Below, one piece after another: positions 17,540 to 27,234 of a stretch of DNA of 64,000 nt; the stretch's first letter is position 1; each line of letters begins with the position of its first letter. The notes under the pieces are model-generated. The model did not search any database. It saw nothing but the letters and a program-made list of their open reading frames with translations, and had not been told where the DNA came from. The stretch lies in IMG/VR virus record IMGVR_UViG_3300042010_000106, positions 186,001 to 250,000 of that record; one strand, written 5' to 3'. A program made the translations under genes and the position numbers.

Positions 17540-19465
17540 TCAATAGAACGGTGTTACTGTGCGCTTCACGTTGTGTTGTGTACCTTGTTCCTGCATGCGG
17601 CGCAGTTGTGCAACGATCTTGCGGTTAGCGCGTTCGTTCGCCAATTTCTGGTTCGGCAGATAACGCTTTTTGCCCAACGAATCATGGCCGGGAACTTCTT
17701 GCAGCTCGCCGAAATCACGATTCGCCAAAGACATCATTTTGCCGGGGCCACGTGCCAGAACGTCAGAATGTGTGCTATCCAAATTCTGGTTGTAATAGCT
17801 GTTCGAAAGAGCGCGCATTTCATCCATCATCTGGTGCAGTTGACCGCTGTTCGCCATCGCTGCAATTTTGCCGTTCGATGCGAAACCACCATCACCACCG
17901 CCACCGCCCATAGCATCATCGCTAATGCCGTATTTCTTTTTCAATTCTTTTACGCTTTTCTGATATTCGTACACACGTTCTTGAATGTGCAAATCAGATT
18001 CTTGCGTAGCCAGCAGACGGTCGAGATTGAAACCCGCAGCGGCAGTCATTGCACGCATTGGAACCGGTACGCCTTTGTCTGTCAGCGCTTGCAGCATGTC
18101 CATGTATTGTTGATCGCCTTCAGGCTTCAACGTCTTTTCCCAATGCACAGAAGGAATCAACAAACGCGTGCCATCGCTCAAACGTTCGTAGCTGCCCAAA
18201 GGATCGAGTTTTTCCAAACTGTTACCACGGACAACCAATTTCCCGTTCGGGTTAATTGTGTAGCCTTTCATGGCGCTGATCATCGGGAAGATTTTGTTGT
18301 ACAGAACTTTCCGCGTCAGATAATCACGTTCGTTACGCACGCCGTCGATGAACAACGAAGTGGAAGTATCGCCGTTGGTGTACGTGGCGTCACCAGAAAG
18401 AAACGCATCGGAAATTCCGAGTGCTTTCATGATGTAGCCGTCGATTGCATCTTTGTTGTCAAAGATTGTCCAGCCGCCCGTTGGATCGCGAATTTCTTCG
18501 GTGGAAATACCACCACGCGTTGCAACCACTGCACCGATTGGATCGGCGTCGGCGTTCATGAACATATCCATTACGGCTTGCATGTCAGCAATGGTTGGTT
18601 CCCATTCGCCAGCACCGTCAAGCGTTACGTGGAGAATACCTTTTTGACGCATTGCAGAACGAACCAACGTCCCACGGAAAAGGTTTTTCTCCATCAAATA
18701 CCACGGGAGAACGCGACGGTAATAGCTGTTTGCTGTGCTGCCTGTAGAACCGCGACGGGGAACGTAAACCGTTGATTTTGGGTCTAATTCCAACGCCTCG
18801 TTACTCAGTTGTTTCATTACGTCCGAACCGAGGAATTCACGCAGTGCTTTCACACGCGGGCTATCCGATTGCATGGTCGAACGAACCGATTCAGGAAACG
18901 CAACGGTGATCAAAGGATCGGTGCCATGGAACGGCAATTGATCGACCTTTGTGTTTTCGTAACCGTGCGGCATGATGCGGCTAAATACTTGGTTGGTGCC
19001 GTTGTACAAAAGCGAACCAACGAACGCGCCTTTGACGTTGTAATCCACGTCAATTTCCGGCATCAATGTACGGATGTCGAGGCGATCAATGTTTTCCTGA
19101 AAGTCTTCAGAAACTTTACGATCAAGAATACCGCCGAGGGTGAATTCGGAGAACATCAATTGCGATTTGATATCGACAATCGAACCGGCAATGTTGTGGT
19201 TGTAATAAATGTCGGAATACAAACGCATGACCAGTTTTTTCTGTTCAAGGTCTTCCGAGAAAACGATATCTTTCAGCAGCGGATCAACGTCGATTTCAAT
19301 TGGCAGTTGCGACACGCTGGTATTGTGCGAGTTTGCAGTCGCCATGTATTCATCGCGAATTTCTGTCGAGCGATCATAATGCGTTTGACCGGCGCCTATA
19401 TCAACTTGACGGCCCCCGGTCGGCTGGTGGCGAGCTGAATACGTGGTGCGTTTGGTAAGTTTCAT
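17540..19465 (-). CDS. probable portal protein
   Basis: 641 aa, mainly helical, three genes from terminase; MKALGISDAFLSG..Y..TSLF..RNER..LTRKV..KIFP resembles portal wing/stem pattern. Confidence 0.6.
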   Translation of the reverse strand: MKLTKRTTYSARHQPTGGRQVDIGAGQTHYDRSTEIRDEYMATANSHNTSVSQLPIEIDVDPLLKDIVFSEDLEQKKLVMRLYSDIYYNHNIAGSIVDIKSQLMFSEFTLGGILDRKVSEDFQENIDRLDIRTLMPEIDVDYNVKGAFVGSLLYNGTNQVFSRIMPHGYENTKVDQLPFHGTDPLITVAFPESVRSTMQSDSPRVKALREFLGSDVMKQLSNEALELDPKSTVYVPRRGSTGSTANSYYRRVLPWYLMEKNLFRGTLVRSAMRQKGILHVTLDGAGEWEPTIADMQAVMDMFMNADADPIGAVVATRGGISTEEIRDPTGGWTIFDNKDAIDGYIMKALGISDAFLSGDATYTNGDTSTSLFIDGVRNERDYLTRKVLYNKIFPMISAMKGYTINPNGKLVVRGNSLEKLDPLGSYERLSDGTRLLIPSVHWEKTLKPEGDQQYMDMLQALTDKGVPVPMRAMTAAAGFNLDRLLATQESDLHIQERVYEYQKSVKELKKKYGISDDAMGGGGGDGGFASNGKIAAMANSGQLHQMMDEMRALSNSYYNQNLDSTHSDVLARGPGKMMSLANRDFGELQEVPGHDSLGKKRYLPNQKLANERANRKIVAQLRRMQEQGTQHNVKRTVTPFY

Positions 19466-20046
19466 AAAATACTCGCGTTTGTGGCGTAGATTACGCTGAC
19501 ACTTCCCAACCGATTAGTATCTTGAAGGGACATGACCGATTTATCTTTTAACGCCCAAAAAGCATCAAAGGTTTCCGGTTGGTTTGCGTTTTGATTTTGC
19601 AAGCCGTGAGCTGTGCGTGAGTCGATGCCCAGCCAACCCACATAAAAATGAAAGTCTGTGCTTTTCACAAACTTATCCCACATGCGCAGACCGGCCATGG
19701 TGGTTTGAATGTCACAACGAATTGAATCGTAGTGCTTCAGGAAATAGTTCGCCATCACGTCACGGGCCAATTCCGGTAGCGTGCTGCGTACCTCAACCTG
19801 CACAACCCTTTCGCCAAGCGTGTGATGATGTGCAACTTTGAAATAACAGGAGTAAACCAAAACGGTATCATCGTCGTACAGCAGCAATAATTCCGTGTCC
19901 TCAATTGTTTCATCTTTCAGCAAGTAGCCGATTAAAGACATGGTGCCAAAGGAATATTTGAAGTCTGGTGCATCCGGTTGCAGAAATGCGTAACGCACTT
20001 CATCATCAGACAATGGAATTGCAAAAGGGTCGGCAAGAATCGGCAT
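19462..20046 (-). CDS. hypothetical protein, possible GNAT-like fold (paralog of 20792..21346)
   Basis: ARDVMANYF..IRCDIQTTMAGLRMWDKFVK matches paralog ARLVMRYF..LVSDERQRKLGAEMWKRFVK. Confidence 0.55.
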   Translation of the reverse strand: MPILADPFAIPLSDDEVRYAFLQPDAPDFKYSFGTMSLIGYLLKDETIEDTELLLLYDDDTVLVYSCYFKVAHHHTLGERVVQVEVRSTLPELARDVMANYFLKHYDSIRCDIQTTMAGLRMWDKFVKSTDFHFYVGWLGIDSRTAHGLQNQNANQPETFDAFWALKDKSVMSLQDTNRLGSVSVIYATNASIL

Positions 20047-20049
20047 TTT

Positions 20050-20790
20050 TTATTTACCCGTAGGTTTCTTTGTAACTTTGGGCATTTTCGCCACGTCCGG
20101 CTGTTGTGCTTCAGGCTTTGGATTCACGATATTCACTTTGGGCAGTTTACCTGAATGATCAATCGTCACCTGCGTTACAACGGGTTCCATCGGGAACACG
20201 TCCGGTTCGTCTTCGTCATCCAGCACACCAAATTTCGGTGGTGGATTTGCTGCTGATTGTGGCATTGCATCAACACGATATTGCGGTTTAGGGCCGCGAA
20301 TCATGTAGATAAAATAACGGCCTTGCGACGGCGCTGCTTCCAGTGCGTCAACTTCTTTCGGCGTTACCTTTTCGTATGCCCACACGGCACCGTTACGGAA
20401 TTCAACGTAAAGCGTTTTGTGCTTTATGTCATAGGTGCAATGCAGAAGGTTTGAACTGTCGATTTCCAGCACACGAAGCGCCGGATCTTTCGGAACTTTC
20501 TTCTCTTTATCGAGTCCGCCTTTACCTGCATTTACAGTTATTTTGCGAACTTTGCCTGACCAACCTTTCGAATGTTCGATCAAACGATCCACTTCAATCT
20601 TTTTCAGAGTGAAGAGAATGTCCGGGGTTGTCTTGTGAACAACAGTATATTTCCCGCGCAGCAACCGAACGCCAAACACGTTACCCGGATGCAGTTCAAG
20701 AATATATTCTTTGTTGTGTCGGTTTTCTTCAAACGACAGCAGCTTGCCGCCGTATTTGTACCATTTGAAAAGGTCGTACCTGATCATCAT
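20050..20790 (-). CDS. KTSC-domain protein
   Basis: IDSSNL..TYD..KTLYVEFRNGAVWAYEKV..L..APSQGRYF; start moved to ATG 20790 to avoid overlap with upstream gene. Confidence 0.8.
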   Translation of the reverse strand: MMIRYDLFKWYKYGGKLLSFEENRHNKEYILELHPGNVFGVRLLRGKYTVVHKTTPDILFTLKKIEVDRLIEHSKGWSGKVRKITVNAGKGGLDKEKKVPKDPALRVLEIDSSNLLHCTYDIKHKTLYVEFRNGAVWAYEKVTPKEVDALEAAPSQGRYFIYMIRGPKPQYRVDAMPQSAANPPPKFGVLDDEDEPDVFPMEPVVTQVTIDHSGKLPKVNIVNPKPEAQQPDVAKMPKVTKKPTGK

Positions 20791-20791
20791 G

Positions 20792-21346
20792 TCACCATTT
20801 TGAGCGCACGCGCCCATTCACAGGTTTATCGGAAACCACGAAAAGTTTATCCGTTGCATTGCCCTGATAGGCGAATGACAGCATCATATTTTTCGTGTGC
20901 GGTTCAACCAACGATAAACCATTGGTATGTTGCACGTAAACGAACCGGTCGTTTGTGTCTTCCTTGACAAAACGTTTCCACATTTCAGCACCGAGTTTAC
21001 GCTGTCGTTCATCCGACACAAGAATGTTTCCATTCTGGCTGAAGTAACGCATGACCAACCGGGCAAACCCTTTAGGGCAACCCGGTAACTGCCAAACGTT
21101 TTTCTGCACGTAAACATCACGGCCTTGGTAACTGAATTTGTGCACGAAACAAATGTACAATTGTGCTTCGTCGTTCGCATCCATGCGCGTGTAAATAAAA
21201 CCGTCTTCGTATGGGCGAACCTGTACGAAGTGACCGTCTACGGAAACAGTTTCTGTTGCAGGTTTCCATGATGCTTCCCGCATGGCTTTTGTAGGCTCAT
21301 TACGGGCAGGTGCTAACCCATAAGGAGCGGCCAGACTTATTTCCAT
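20792..21346 (-). CDS. hypothetical protein, possible GNAT-like fold, N-terminal tag (MEISLAA)
   Basis: Paralog of 19462..20046; directly follows terminase. Confidence 0.6.
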   Translation of the reverse strand: MEISLAAPYGLAPARNEPTKAMREASWKPATETVSVDGHFVQVRPYEDGFIYTRMDANDEAQLYICFVHKFSYQGRDVYVQKNVWQLPGCPKGFARLVMRYFSQNGNILVSDERQRKLGAEMWKRFVKEDTNDRFVYVQHTNGLSLVEPHTKNMMLSFAYQGNATDKLFVVSDKPVNGRVRSKW

Positions 21347-21361
21347 TTGTTAGGCTCCGAT

Positions 21362-24300
21362 TTAACGACGGCCTGCTGCAAACAACGCAATAGGTGCACC
21401 GTTAATCATAGTTTGCCCGCCACTTGCATTACCGACTGTTACGCCTGCACCCATTGCGAGTTTAGACGCGGCCAGCGCGTTAGGTCGAGCCATTGCACCA
21501 TCGAAATTTTCTTCCGAAAGTAACAACGTGTAATCCTCGACTTGTAAGCCCCACAAACACAGAGCCATTGCACGCCAGTTATCATCGGTATAGCCATCGC
21601 CTTTACCAACGCCTTTCAACTGATCTTTAATCGTGAACATCTGTTTAAACAAGTGGGCGATTGGTTTGTCCTGATAAAAATCACGATAATCCGAGTCCAC
21701 TGCATCAACGAGCGTTTTCACTTTGATTTCAGATTTCGGAATGGAAACGTTGCCCTGTTCCATTCGCGTTCGCACACCAACCATGTCCACGTATTTCAGA
21801 CTGTATTGTTTTGCGATAAAGGTCGGGATATCCTCTTCAGGATCGCCCATATCAGCCGCAGCATCATCCAGAAGTTTAATACTGTTCCAACGGTCAGCAA
21901 GCAAAACTTTGCAATTACGCGCTTGCATAAGTGGCAGAATAACGTCTGAATAAATCAGGCTATGGTTTAAGCGATAACCCGGCAGCGGAATGATTTCACA
22001 CACTAGGTCTATACTTAAATTAAAGCCGTCGGTGGTGCCACCTACGAGACTGAAACTGTTATCTGTTACACCGGCGTCGATTGCCATCAAAGACGCTTTA
22101 CCGCTTTTCTTAACCTTTTCAACCTTGCCGTAAATATACGATTGCCCAAGGCGTTTGGAATTCCTGTAAACCGGTTTGATTTTGCAGGCGTTCTTACGCG
22201 TTGGATCTTCGCACCGCATAATGAAATCGTGGTTAGCGAGGAATGGGTTTGCAATCAACGGCGGGTTGGCCCCGAAGTTTTTCTCTGCCGATTCAGGGTC
22301 TTTCCGGTACGCTTCAACAATGAATGTTGAATTGCGTTTGAAGTTCGGGTTTACATCCCATGTTGCACGGTGAATGCCGTACATCGAGCGTGAATTCACA
22401 GCACGTTCAAGCAACACGTGAATCATATCGTTTTTTGCGGTCGGGCTAGAAACGTTCATGGCGTACGCTGGCAACACGTCGTCATATCCGCGTTCAATCA
22501 AAGCGTCTGCTGCTGTACGAACTGTTGCAAGGCTGTTCGCCAATGCGTCGTAAACTTCAAAGGCGTTGATCTTTACTTTGCCGCTGTCTTTCTCTGCGTC
22601 GAAGTATGCAATTTCGTCGATTGAAAAACCAAAGCGAGTTCGCCCCCGCATTACCCGTTTATCTGGCCCCATCGGGAAACAGTTGTGCTGGATAATTCCG
22701 TTGGCAACAAATGCGTGGTCGTCAACGTCCACAGTGATATCGTAAACGTTTTGACGGCCCGCATCTGTAACACTTTCAACTTCTTCGTAAAGCGCTTTGA
22801 CTGTCCCAAATTCTTTCGGGGCCACGGCAATAAAATCACCGGGCTTTAGTTTGTCGAGTTCAACCCATTGCGGATTTTTGTCGGCATCAAAAGAAAGTAT
22901 CGGGTGATTGCCTGTACCGGTCAGCTCAAAACCGTTTTTGGTCTTGAGCGTGTACACGTGTTTTTCACCGTTAGAATGCCAACCACACACGCGGTTGTAT
23001 CCATCTAAGCCCTTCACACGGTCGCCTAAGACGATTTCGGTAATGGGCACAGGGCCACGTTCGGTTTCAACGATGGTGCTGCCCACAACGCATTGCAGGC
23101 CCCGTACGCGGTAATCGACAAACGTGTCAGTCAGTTTGAAAAGCGTTTCGCCGTAAACACCTTCATAGTGACGCAGCATCGAGTGATATTCTTTGTACCA
23201 ACGCGTTTCGGTAAGTGCGCCGAAAAACGGTGTCCACAGCGTATCCTTTGCTTGCGTGTAAGTCAGTGCCGCAAATGTTCCCTGTAGCATTGTGGTACGT
23301 GACAGACCGTAGAATTGCGCAGGCTTTTGCAGCTTGAGCAAACGGTGAATCAAATACGGAAACATGTACGTGCCAACGGTGTGAGATTTGCCGCTGTTGT
23401 GACTGAGAATTGCGCCGGTCAAAAACTGGTGCGTTTCAGGCAAAGTAAAATCGTACGTCGCTTCGTATCCGCCGTCAGTTACCAACGCGATAGAATCGTC
23501 GTGCGTTCCTACAGACCATTTCCCGGCCCGCAGATTTGCCAATTGTTCGTCTGTCAGTGTAATCGACACGCCGGTAATCTGGTGTGGATAACCCGCGTTG
23601 AGCAACATGCTGCTGATATCTTGCAGAGCAGGCTTCGCAAGAAACACGCGTTCATTTCCTTGGCGGAAAAGTCCTTGCAGAAAAGCAGTTGTCGATTCTT
23701 CGTCGGCTATTCGAATCGCACGCGGAACAACGGTGTTGTAAAACATCGCGCCGACAGTTTCAGCCTGACGAATTACACCCTTGCCGAAAATGCGCTGACC
23801 ATATTGAACGGTCAGTGTGTCGCCGACCTTCACGTCTTTCAGTTTGGTGAACGTTTCATTCACAAAAATCGGATGATCGTGTGTGCCAGAAACGCGAAAA
23901 CCCATCGCCGTTTGTACACGGATAATGGGTTCTGGTTCAGCACGGAAAAAATGGGATGTAACTTCCATTTCTTTGCCGTTGTACACGTACCGATAGAATT
24001 CTGAGAATCCCACGGGCGCGTCTGGACTGATTTCGTCCATGTGTTCCATGCCTTGCGACGTGAAAACACTTGTCGAACCAATCACGCAACGTTGACCGGC
24101 GTTAATTGCCAGTTCGTTGTAGAAAGGCATTTTACCTTTCTTGATCATCTGCGAACGGCCCTTGCCACAGTTGGGACAAACGCCGTTGTGCAGCAGCGAA
24201 ACTTTCCGCTCCAATTTCGAATACGTGTCGTCAACTTTGTGCGAGTGCAGCAACCATTCAAGGTCAGTGCACTTGTTGTTGTAACACACGTCGTTGAAGG

Positions 24301-24658
24301 TAACGAGGCCCCAAATCAATTGCTCAAGAAAGGGGCGTTCATCACCGATGGTGCCGAAACGATCTTCAGTTACCCATTCGTAAAAATTGCGGGCTTCCGG
24401 CAAATCGGCGTCGTCAATTTTCATGTCTTTCGGCACGATAACTTTCGAGTCGATCAGGTTCCGAATAGATTCCGCAATGTTCGATTCTGTTTGCACGTTC
24501 ATGGAAGTGATAAGTTTAGTAGCAGACTTATTCATGTTTTCCAGATCGTCATGAATCGCCGCCCGACCAGTTTCTTTCAGAGAAAGCAAATAGTCGAACG
24601 GGTCTTTGTAGTTTCGTAGCGCTTTGTTAGCTTCTTTTGTTTCCTTGGATATTTTCAT
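21362..24658 (-). CDS. terL: large terminase subunit precursor containing two inteins
   Basis: Walker A reconstituted as NAGQR|SGKS after intein removal; Walker B FSIDEIAY; RNaseH-like nuclease MAIDAG..DNSFS, DRWNS, C-terminal DD; ~730 aa after splicing. Confidence 0.85.
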   Translation of the reverse strand: MKISKETKEANKALRNYKDPFDYLLSLKETGRAAIHDDLENMNKSATKLITSMNVQTESNIAESIRNLIDSKVIVPKDMKIDDADLPEARNFYEWVTEDRFGTIGDERPFLEQLIWGLVTFNDVCYNNKCTDLEWLLHSHKVDDTYSKLERKVSLLHNGVCPNCGKGRSQMIKKGKMPFYNELAINAGQRCVIGSTSVFTSQGMEHMDEISPDAPVGFSEFYRYVYNGKEMEVTSHFFRAEPEPIIRVQTAMGFRVSGTHDHPIFVNETFTKLKDVKVGDTLTVQYGQRIFGKGVIRQAETVGAMFYNTVVPRAIRIADEESTTAFLQGLFRQGNERVFLAKPALQDISSMLLNAGYPHQITGVSITLTDEQLANLRAGKWSVGTHDDSIALVTDGGYEATYDFTLPETHQFLTGAILSHNSGKSHTVGTYMFPYLIHRLLKLQKPAQFYGLSRTTMLQGTFAALTYTQAKDTLWTPFFGALTETRWYKEYHSMLRHYEGVYGETLFKLTDTFVDYRVRGLQCVVGSTIVETERGPVPITEIVLGDRVKGLDGYNRVCGWHSNGEKHVYTLKTKNGFELTGTGNHPILSFDADKNPQWVELDKLKPGDFIAVAPKEFGTVKALYEEVESVTDAGRQNVYDITVDVDDHAFVANGIIQHNCFPMGPDKRVMRGRTRFGFSIDEIAYFDAEKDSGKVKINAFEVYDALANSLATVRTAADALIERGYDDVLPAYAMNVSSPTAKNDMIHVLLERAVNSRSMYGIHRATWDVNPNFKRNSTFIVEAYRKDPESAEKNFGANPPLIANPFLANHDFIMRCEDPTRKNACKIKPVYRNSKRLGQSYIYGKVEKVKKSGKASLMAIDAGVTDNSFSLVGGTTDGFNLSIDLVCEIIPLPGYRLNHSLIYSDVILPLMQARNCKVLLADRWNSIKLLDDAAADMGDPEEDIPTFIAKQYSLKYVDMVGVRTRMEQGNVSIPKSEIKVKTLVDAVDSDYRDFYQDKPIAHLFKQMFTIKDQLKGVGKGDGYTDDNWRAMALCLWGLQVEDYTLLLSEENFDGAMARPNALAASKLAMGAGVTVGNASGGQTMINGAPIALFAAGRR
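22682..23092 (-). mobile_element. intein 2 (137-aa mini-intein) in terminase ATPase domain
   Basis: Starts CVVGSTIV, block B TGTGNHPIL, ends VYDITVDVDDHAFVANGIIQHN, +1 Cys; no endonuclease domain. Confidence 0.9.
23396..24088 (-). mobile_element. intein 1 (231 aa) in terminase Walker A, with degenerate LAGLIDADG remnant
   Basis: Starts CVIGSTSV, block B SGTHDHPIF, ends YDFTLPETHQFLTGAILSHN, +1 Ser; central AFLQGLF remnant. Confidence 0.85.
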
Positions 24659-25407
24659 CAGCGACGACTGCCAGTAACTCCCACAGTGTTGACGGGAACT
24701 GTTTTATCCGTTGCGCGGATGCGAGCATGCTGTAGCTCTTGGTTCATGCGCAGGTGTTCACGGGCCGCTTCGCCAACATCATGCTTGTGCATAGCGTCCA
24801 TGGTTTTTTCTGCAAGAAGTTTAGACATTCTTTTCAGGTAAGCATGCTTGTACGTTTCTGGCATTTTCGTTTGATTAACGAGCGCCGCAATTGCGTCCAA
24901 GCGAGAGATAGGAACGAACGCGCTAAGCAGCGCGCCGTCCAATTCGATACCAACTTCCAACCCATCGCGTAATCCAGCCTTGACGTATTCTTGTGCATCG
25001 TCAAAAGCAAGCAGGTTGGCAGCAGTCCTGTAGAAGTGGTCTTTGTAGACCGGCAGCACGTTACCAACAGAGTCATTAAAAGCGACCAATTCGGAATCGG
25101 GCACTTCGACTTCATTCATGGCAAGTGGGTGATTTGAATCTAGGTAATTGATTCCGCTTTCTTGTGGGAAAGTTTTCGGTTCGGGAGGAATCACCATGCT
25201 TATCGTGTCCTGCATAAGCATTGGCGGTAAGCACGGGTCGAACTCGAAAACGCCGTCCTTCAACGGCTCGTAATCAATTGTGAAAACAGTATGATGCGAC
25301 GGGCGATTGTCCCTTGCCGCATCAATTTCTATATTCCCTGTCATGCGCTGAAGCTGAATATCACGATCCAGCTTTGCGTCTTCAAGCGAGCGCGGGAGGC
25401 CCATCAT
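24658..25407 (-). CDS. hypothetical protein immediately upstream of terL (small terminase candidate by position only)
   Basis: C-terminal part of the 336-aa ORF; its first ~87 codons lie inside the DnaB tail in another frame, so start placed near 25407 (uncertain). Confidence 0.5.
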   Translation of the reverse strand: MMGLPRSLEDAKLDRDIQLQRMTGNIEIDAARDNRPSHHTVFTIDYEPLKDGVFEFDPCLPPMLMQDTISMVIPPEPKTFPQESGINYLDSNHPLAMNEVEVPDSELVAFNDSVGNVLPVYKDHFYRTAANLLAFDDAQEYVKAGLRDGLEVGIELDGALLSAFVPISRLDAIAALVNQTKMPETYKHAYLKRMSKLLAEKTMDAMHKHDVGEAAREHLRMNQELQHARIRATDKTVPVNTVGVTGSRR

Positions 25408-26884
25408 CAGAACGGAGAAGTTTGGATTTTTTCTTTTTCTTGCCTTTGTCTTTGCTGGATTTTTTAGTTCCAGTGTCGTCTGGTTTGGACTTTTTGGACT
25501 TAGACTTTTTACCGTCTTTGTCTTTGTCTTTACTGGACTTCTTGGACTTCCTCGTTGGGGTTTCGGTGTCTTCATCGTCTTCGAATTCAAGGTTTCCTCC
25601 GCCCGATGTTGACGCTGCATCGCCCATGTTGAACGCAGACATAATGTCGAAACGTTCAGCCAGTTCAAAGCGCATCAATTCACCGTCACGATCTTTAGAC
25701 ACTTCCATCGGAATAATCCGAAGCTCGCGCTGTTCAGGTTTGGCATAGTTCCACTGCCACAGAACGTCGGCGTGTTCCTTCATACCTTTGGAGTAACGCA
25801 GTTTTTCTTTTTCGTCGTCGAGCTGTGCAAGCAGAATAACGAGTGTGCCAGTTTCACGCGTGTAGTTTTTCGCCACACGTGCCGCGTCCATCAACGATTT
25901 CCATTGATCAGAACCGCTGTCCTCTTCCAACAGACCCACGTAGTCGATCACGATAACTTTGTAACCGAACGGTTTAGCCAAACGCAAGCAGTCGTCCATC
26001 GAAAGGTTGCCCTTTGGACTATGCGTCGTATAGTTAATTCCGTGTTTTTTACCGTGGGCATCCATGTTTGCTTTCGCTGCACGGATTTTACGTTTGTCGT
26101 CAGCAGTAAGTTTTGCTTGCGAGAAACGTTTAAGAGGAATCCCGGTTAAGTGGGACATGAGGCGCTGTGTCTCTTGAATTTCCTGCATTTCCAAAGTGAT
26201 TCGGAATGTACTCAGGTTATTCACTAGATACATGTGACGGCAGATGTTCATGGCGATAGTGGATTTACCGCCGGACGTTGTACCAGCCAGAATGATAACC
26301 CCCATTGTAGGGAAGCCACCATTCGTCGTGTCGTAGTCTGTATACCCCGTAGAGATACGAGGCATTGTTTCATTTCGACAAATTGCTTCAACAATATCGT
26401 CGTTGTTGCTTTGCGCACCGAAGTGCAAAAAGAAATCTTCGTCCGCACGTGTTGTGTTTGCGCGGGCAACTGCCGTGGACAAATCCATCAGCAGTGCTTC
26501 GGTATCTACTTGTGTGGCATTGAGCTTTTCAATCGTACCCATGCACGCTTCGTGCATGATGCGAATCTTTCGGAATTCCTCAAGCGTTTCGAGTGTTTCG
26601 TCACGGTGGGCTTTCTTCAAGCACGGTTTTTCACGTGCTTGAGCTAAGATGTCGCGTATGTCTTCGTTCAGCCGTGGATCTTCAAGCAGGCTTTTGAAGC
26701 TTACGATCTTGAAACGTTTTTTCGCCAGCGTGTCGATACGCTCGAAAGCCATTCGACACGGTGGAGAATAAAACAGTTCTTTACTCAGTTTGCCGAGCCA
26801 CAGTGTTCGCTTTTCTTCGGAGATTTTTTCGGACGTGATTGTTAGTAACGCACGAAGCTCCGCAGTTTGACTGTGTATCTGCAT
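25382..26884 (-). CDS. dnaB: DnaB-like replicative helicase with K-rich C-terminal tail
   Basis: Walker A ILAGTTSGGKST, TLEM, Walker B VIVIDYVGLL, LAQL, HAD, KDRDG. Confidence 0.9.
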   Translation of the reverse strand: MQIHSQTAELRALLTITSEKISEEKRTLWLGKLSKELFYSPPCRMAFERIDTLAKKRFKIVSFKSLLEDPRLNEDIRDILAQAREKPCLKKAHRDETLETLEEFRKIRIMHEACMGTIEKLNATQVDTEALLMDLSTAVARANTTRADEDFFLHFGAQSNNDDIVEAICRNETMPRISTGYTDYDTTNGGFPTMGVIILAGTTSGGKSTIAMNICRHMYLVNNLSTFRITLEMQEIQETQRLMSHLTGIPLKRFSQAKLTADDKRKIRAAKANMDAHGKKHGINYTTHSPKGNLSMDDCLRLAKPFGYKVIVIDYVGLLEEDSGSDQWKSLMDAARVAKNYTRETGTLVILLAQLDDEKEKLRYSKGMKEHADVLWQWNYAKPEQRELRIIPMEVSKDRDGELMRFELAERFDIMSAFNMGDAASTSGGGNLEFEDDEDTETPTRKSKKSSKDKDKDGKKSKSKKSKPDDTGTKKSSKDKGKKKKKSKLLRSDDGPPALA

Positions 26885-26895
26885 TTACACACCTT

Positions 26896-27234
26896 CTAGG
26901 CGGGCTGAAGTGACTGGATATATTCTTGGTATTTGTTCCACTTGCGCATTTTGTGTCTTTTCTTGTTGACGTGGCTGGTGGTGCCAGTTTCATCAATTGG
27001 CACCGGGTGAATCCCAATCACACCGAACAAGCTAAGCGAAGCCAGCGCACAGTCAAATTCAACCTTTGTAACGTTCCACAAGCTCTTACAAAGCTCACGA
27101 TAGAGGCGCCCGGTAGTCTGGTTCGACTCTTTATCAATGACCTTGAAAAGCTCTGTCATGACGTGACGCTTATACGTGGCGGTGGCGTCAACCTTCCAAC
27201 ACGCAAACAATTGTTTTTCCAGCGTTTCCATCAA
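26896..27234 (-). CDS. hypothetical protein, possibly winged-helix
   Basis: 112 aa; helix-rich pattern followed by short beta hairpin. Confidence 0.5.
   Translation of the reverse strand: MMETLEKQLFACWKVDATATYKRHVMTELFKVIDKESNQTTGRLYRELCKSLWNVTKVEFDCALASLSLFGVIGIHPVPIDETGTTSHVNKKRHKMRKWNKYQEYIQSLQPA

Noticed and set aside
23396-24088. Active homing endonuclease within intein 1
   Set aside because: Intein is only 231 aa and the LAGLIDADG blocks are truncated and lack catalytic acidic residues
25408-25668. N-terminal 87 aa of ORF 24658..25668 as a real overlapping protein
   Set aside because: It is an alternate-frame read of the low-complexity DnaB tail, which lacks stops in that frame
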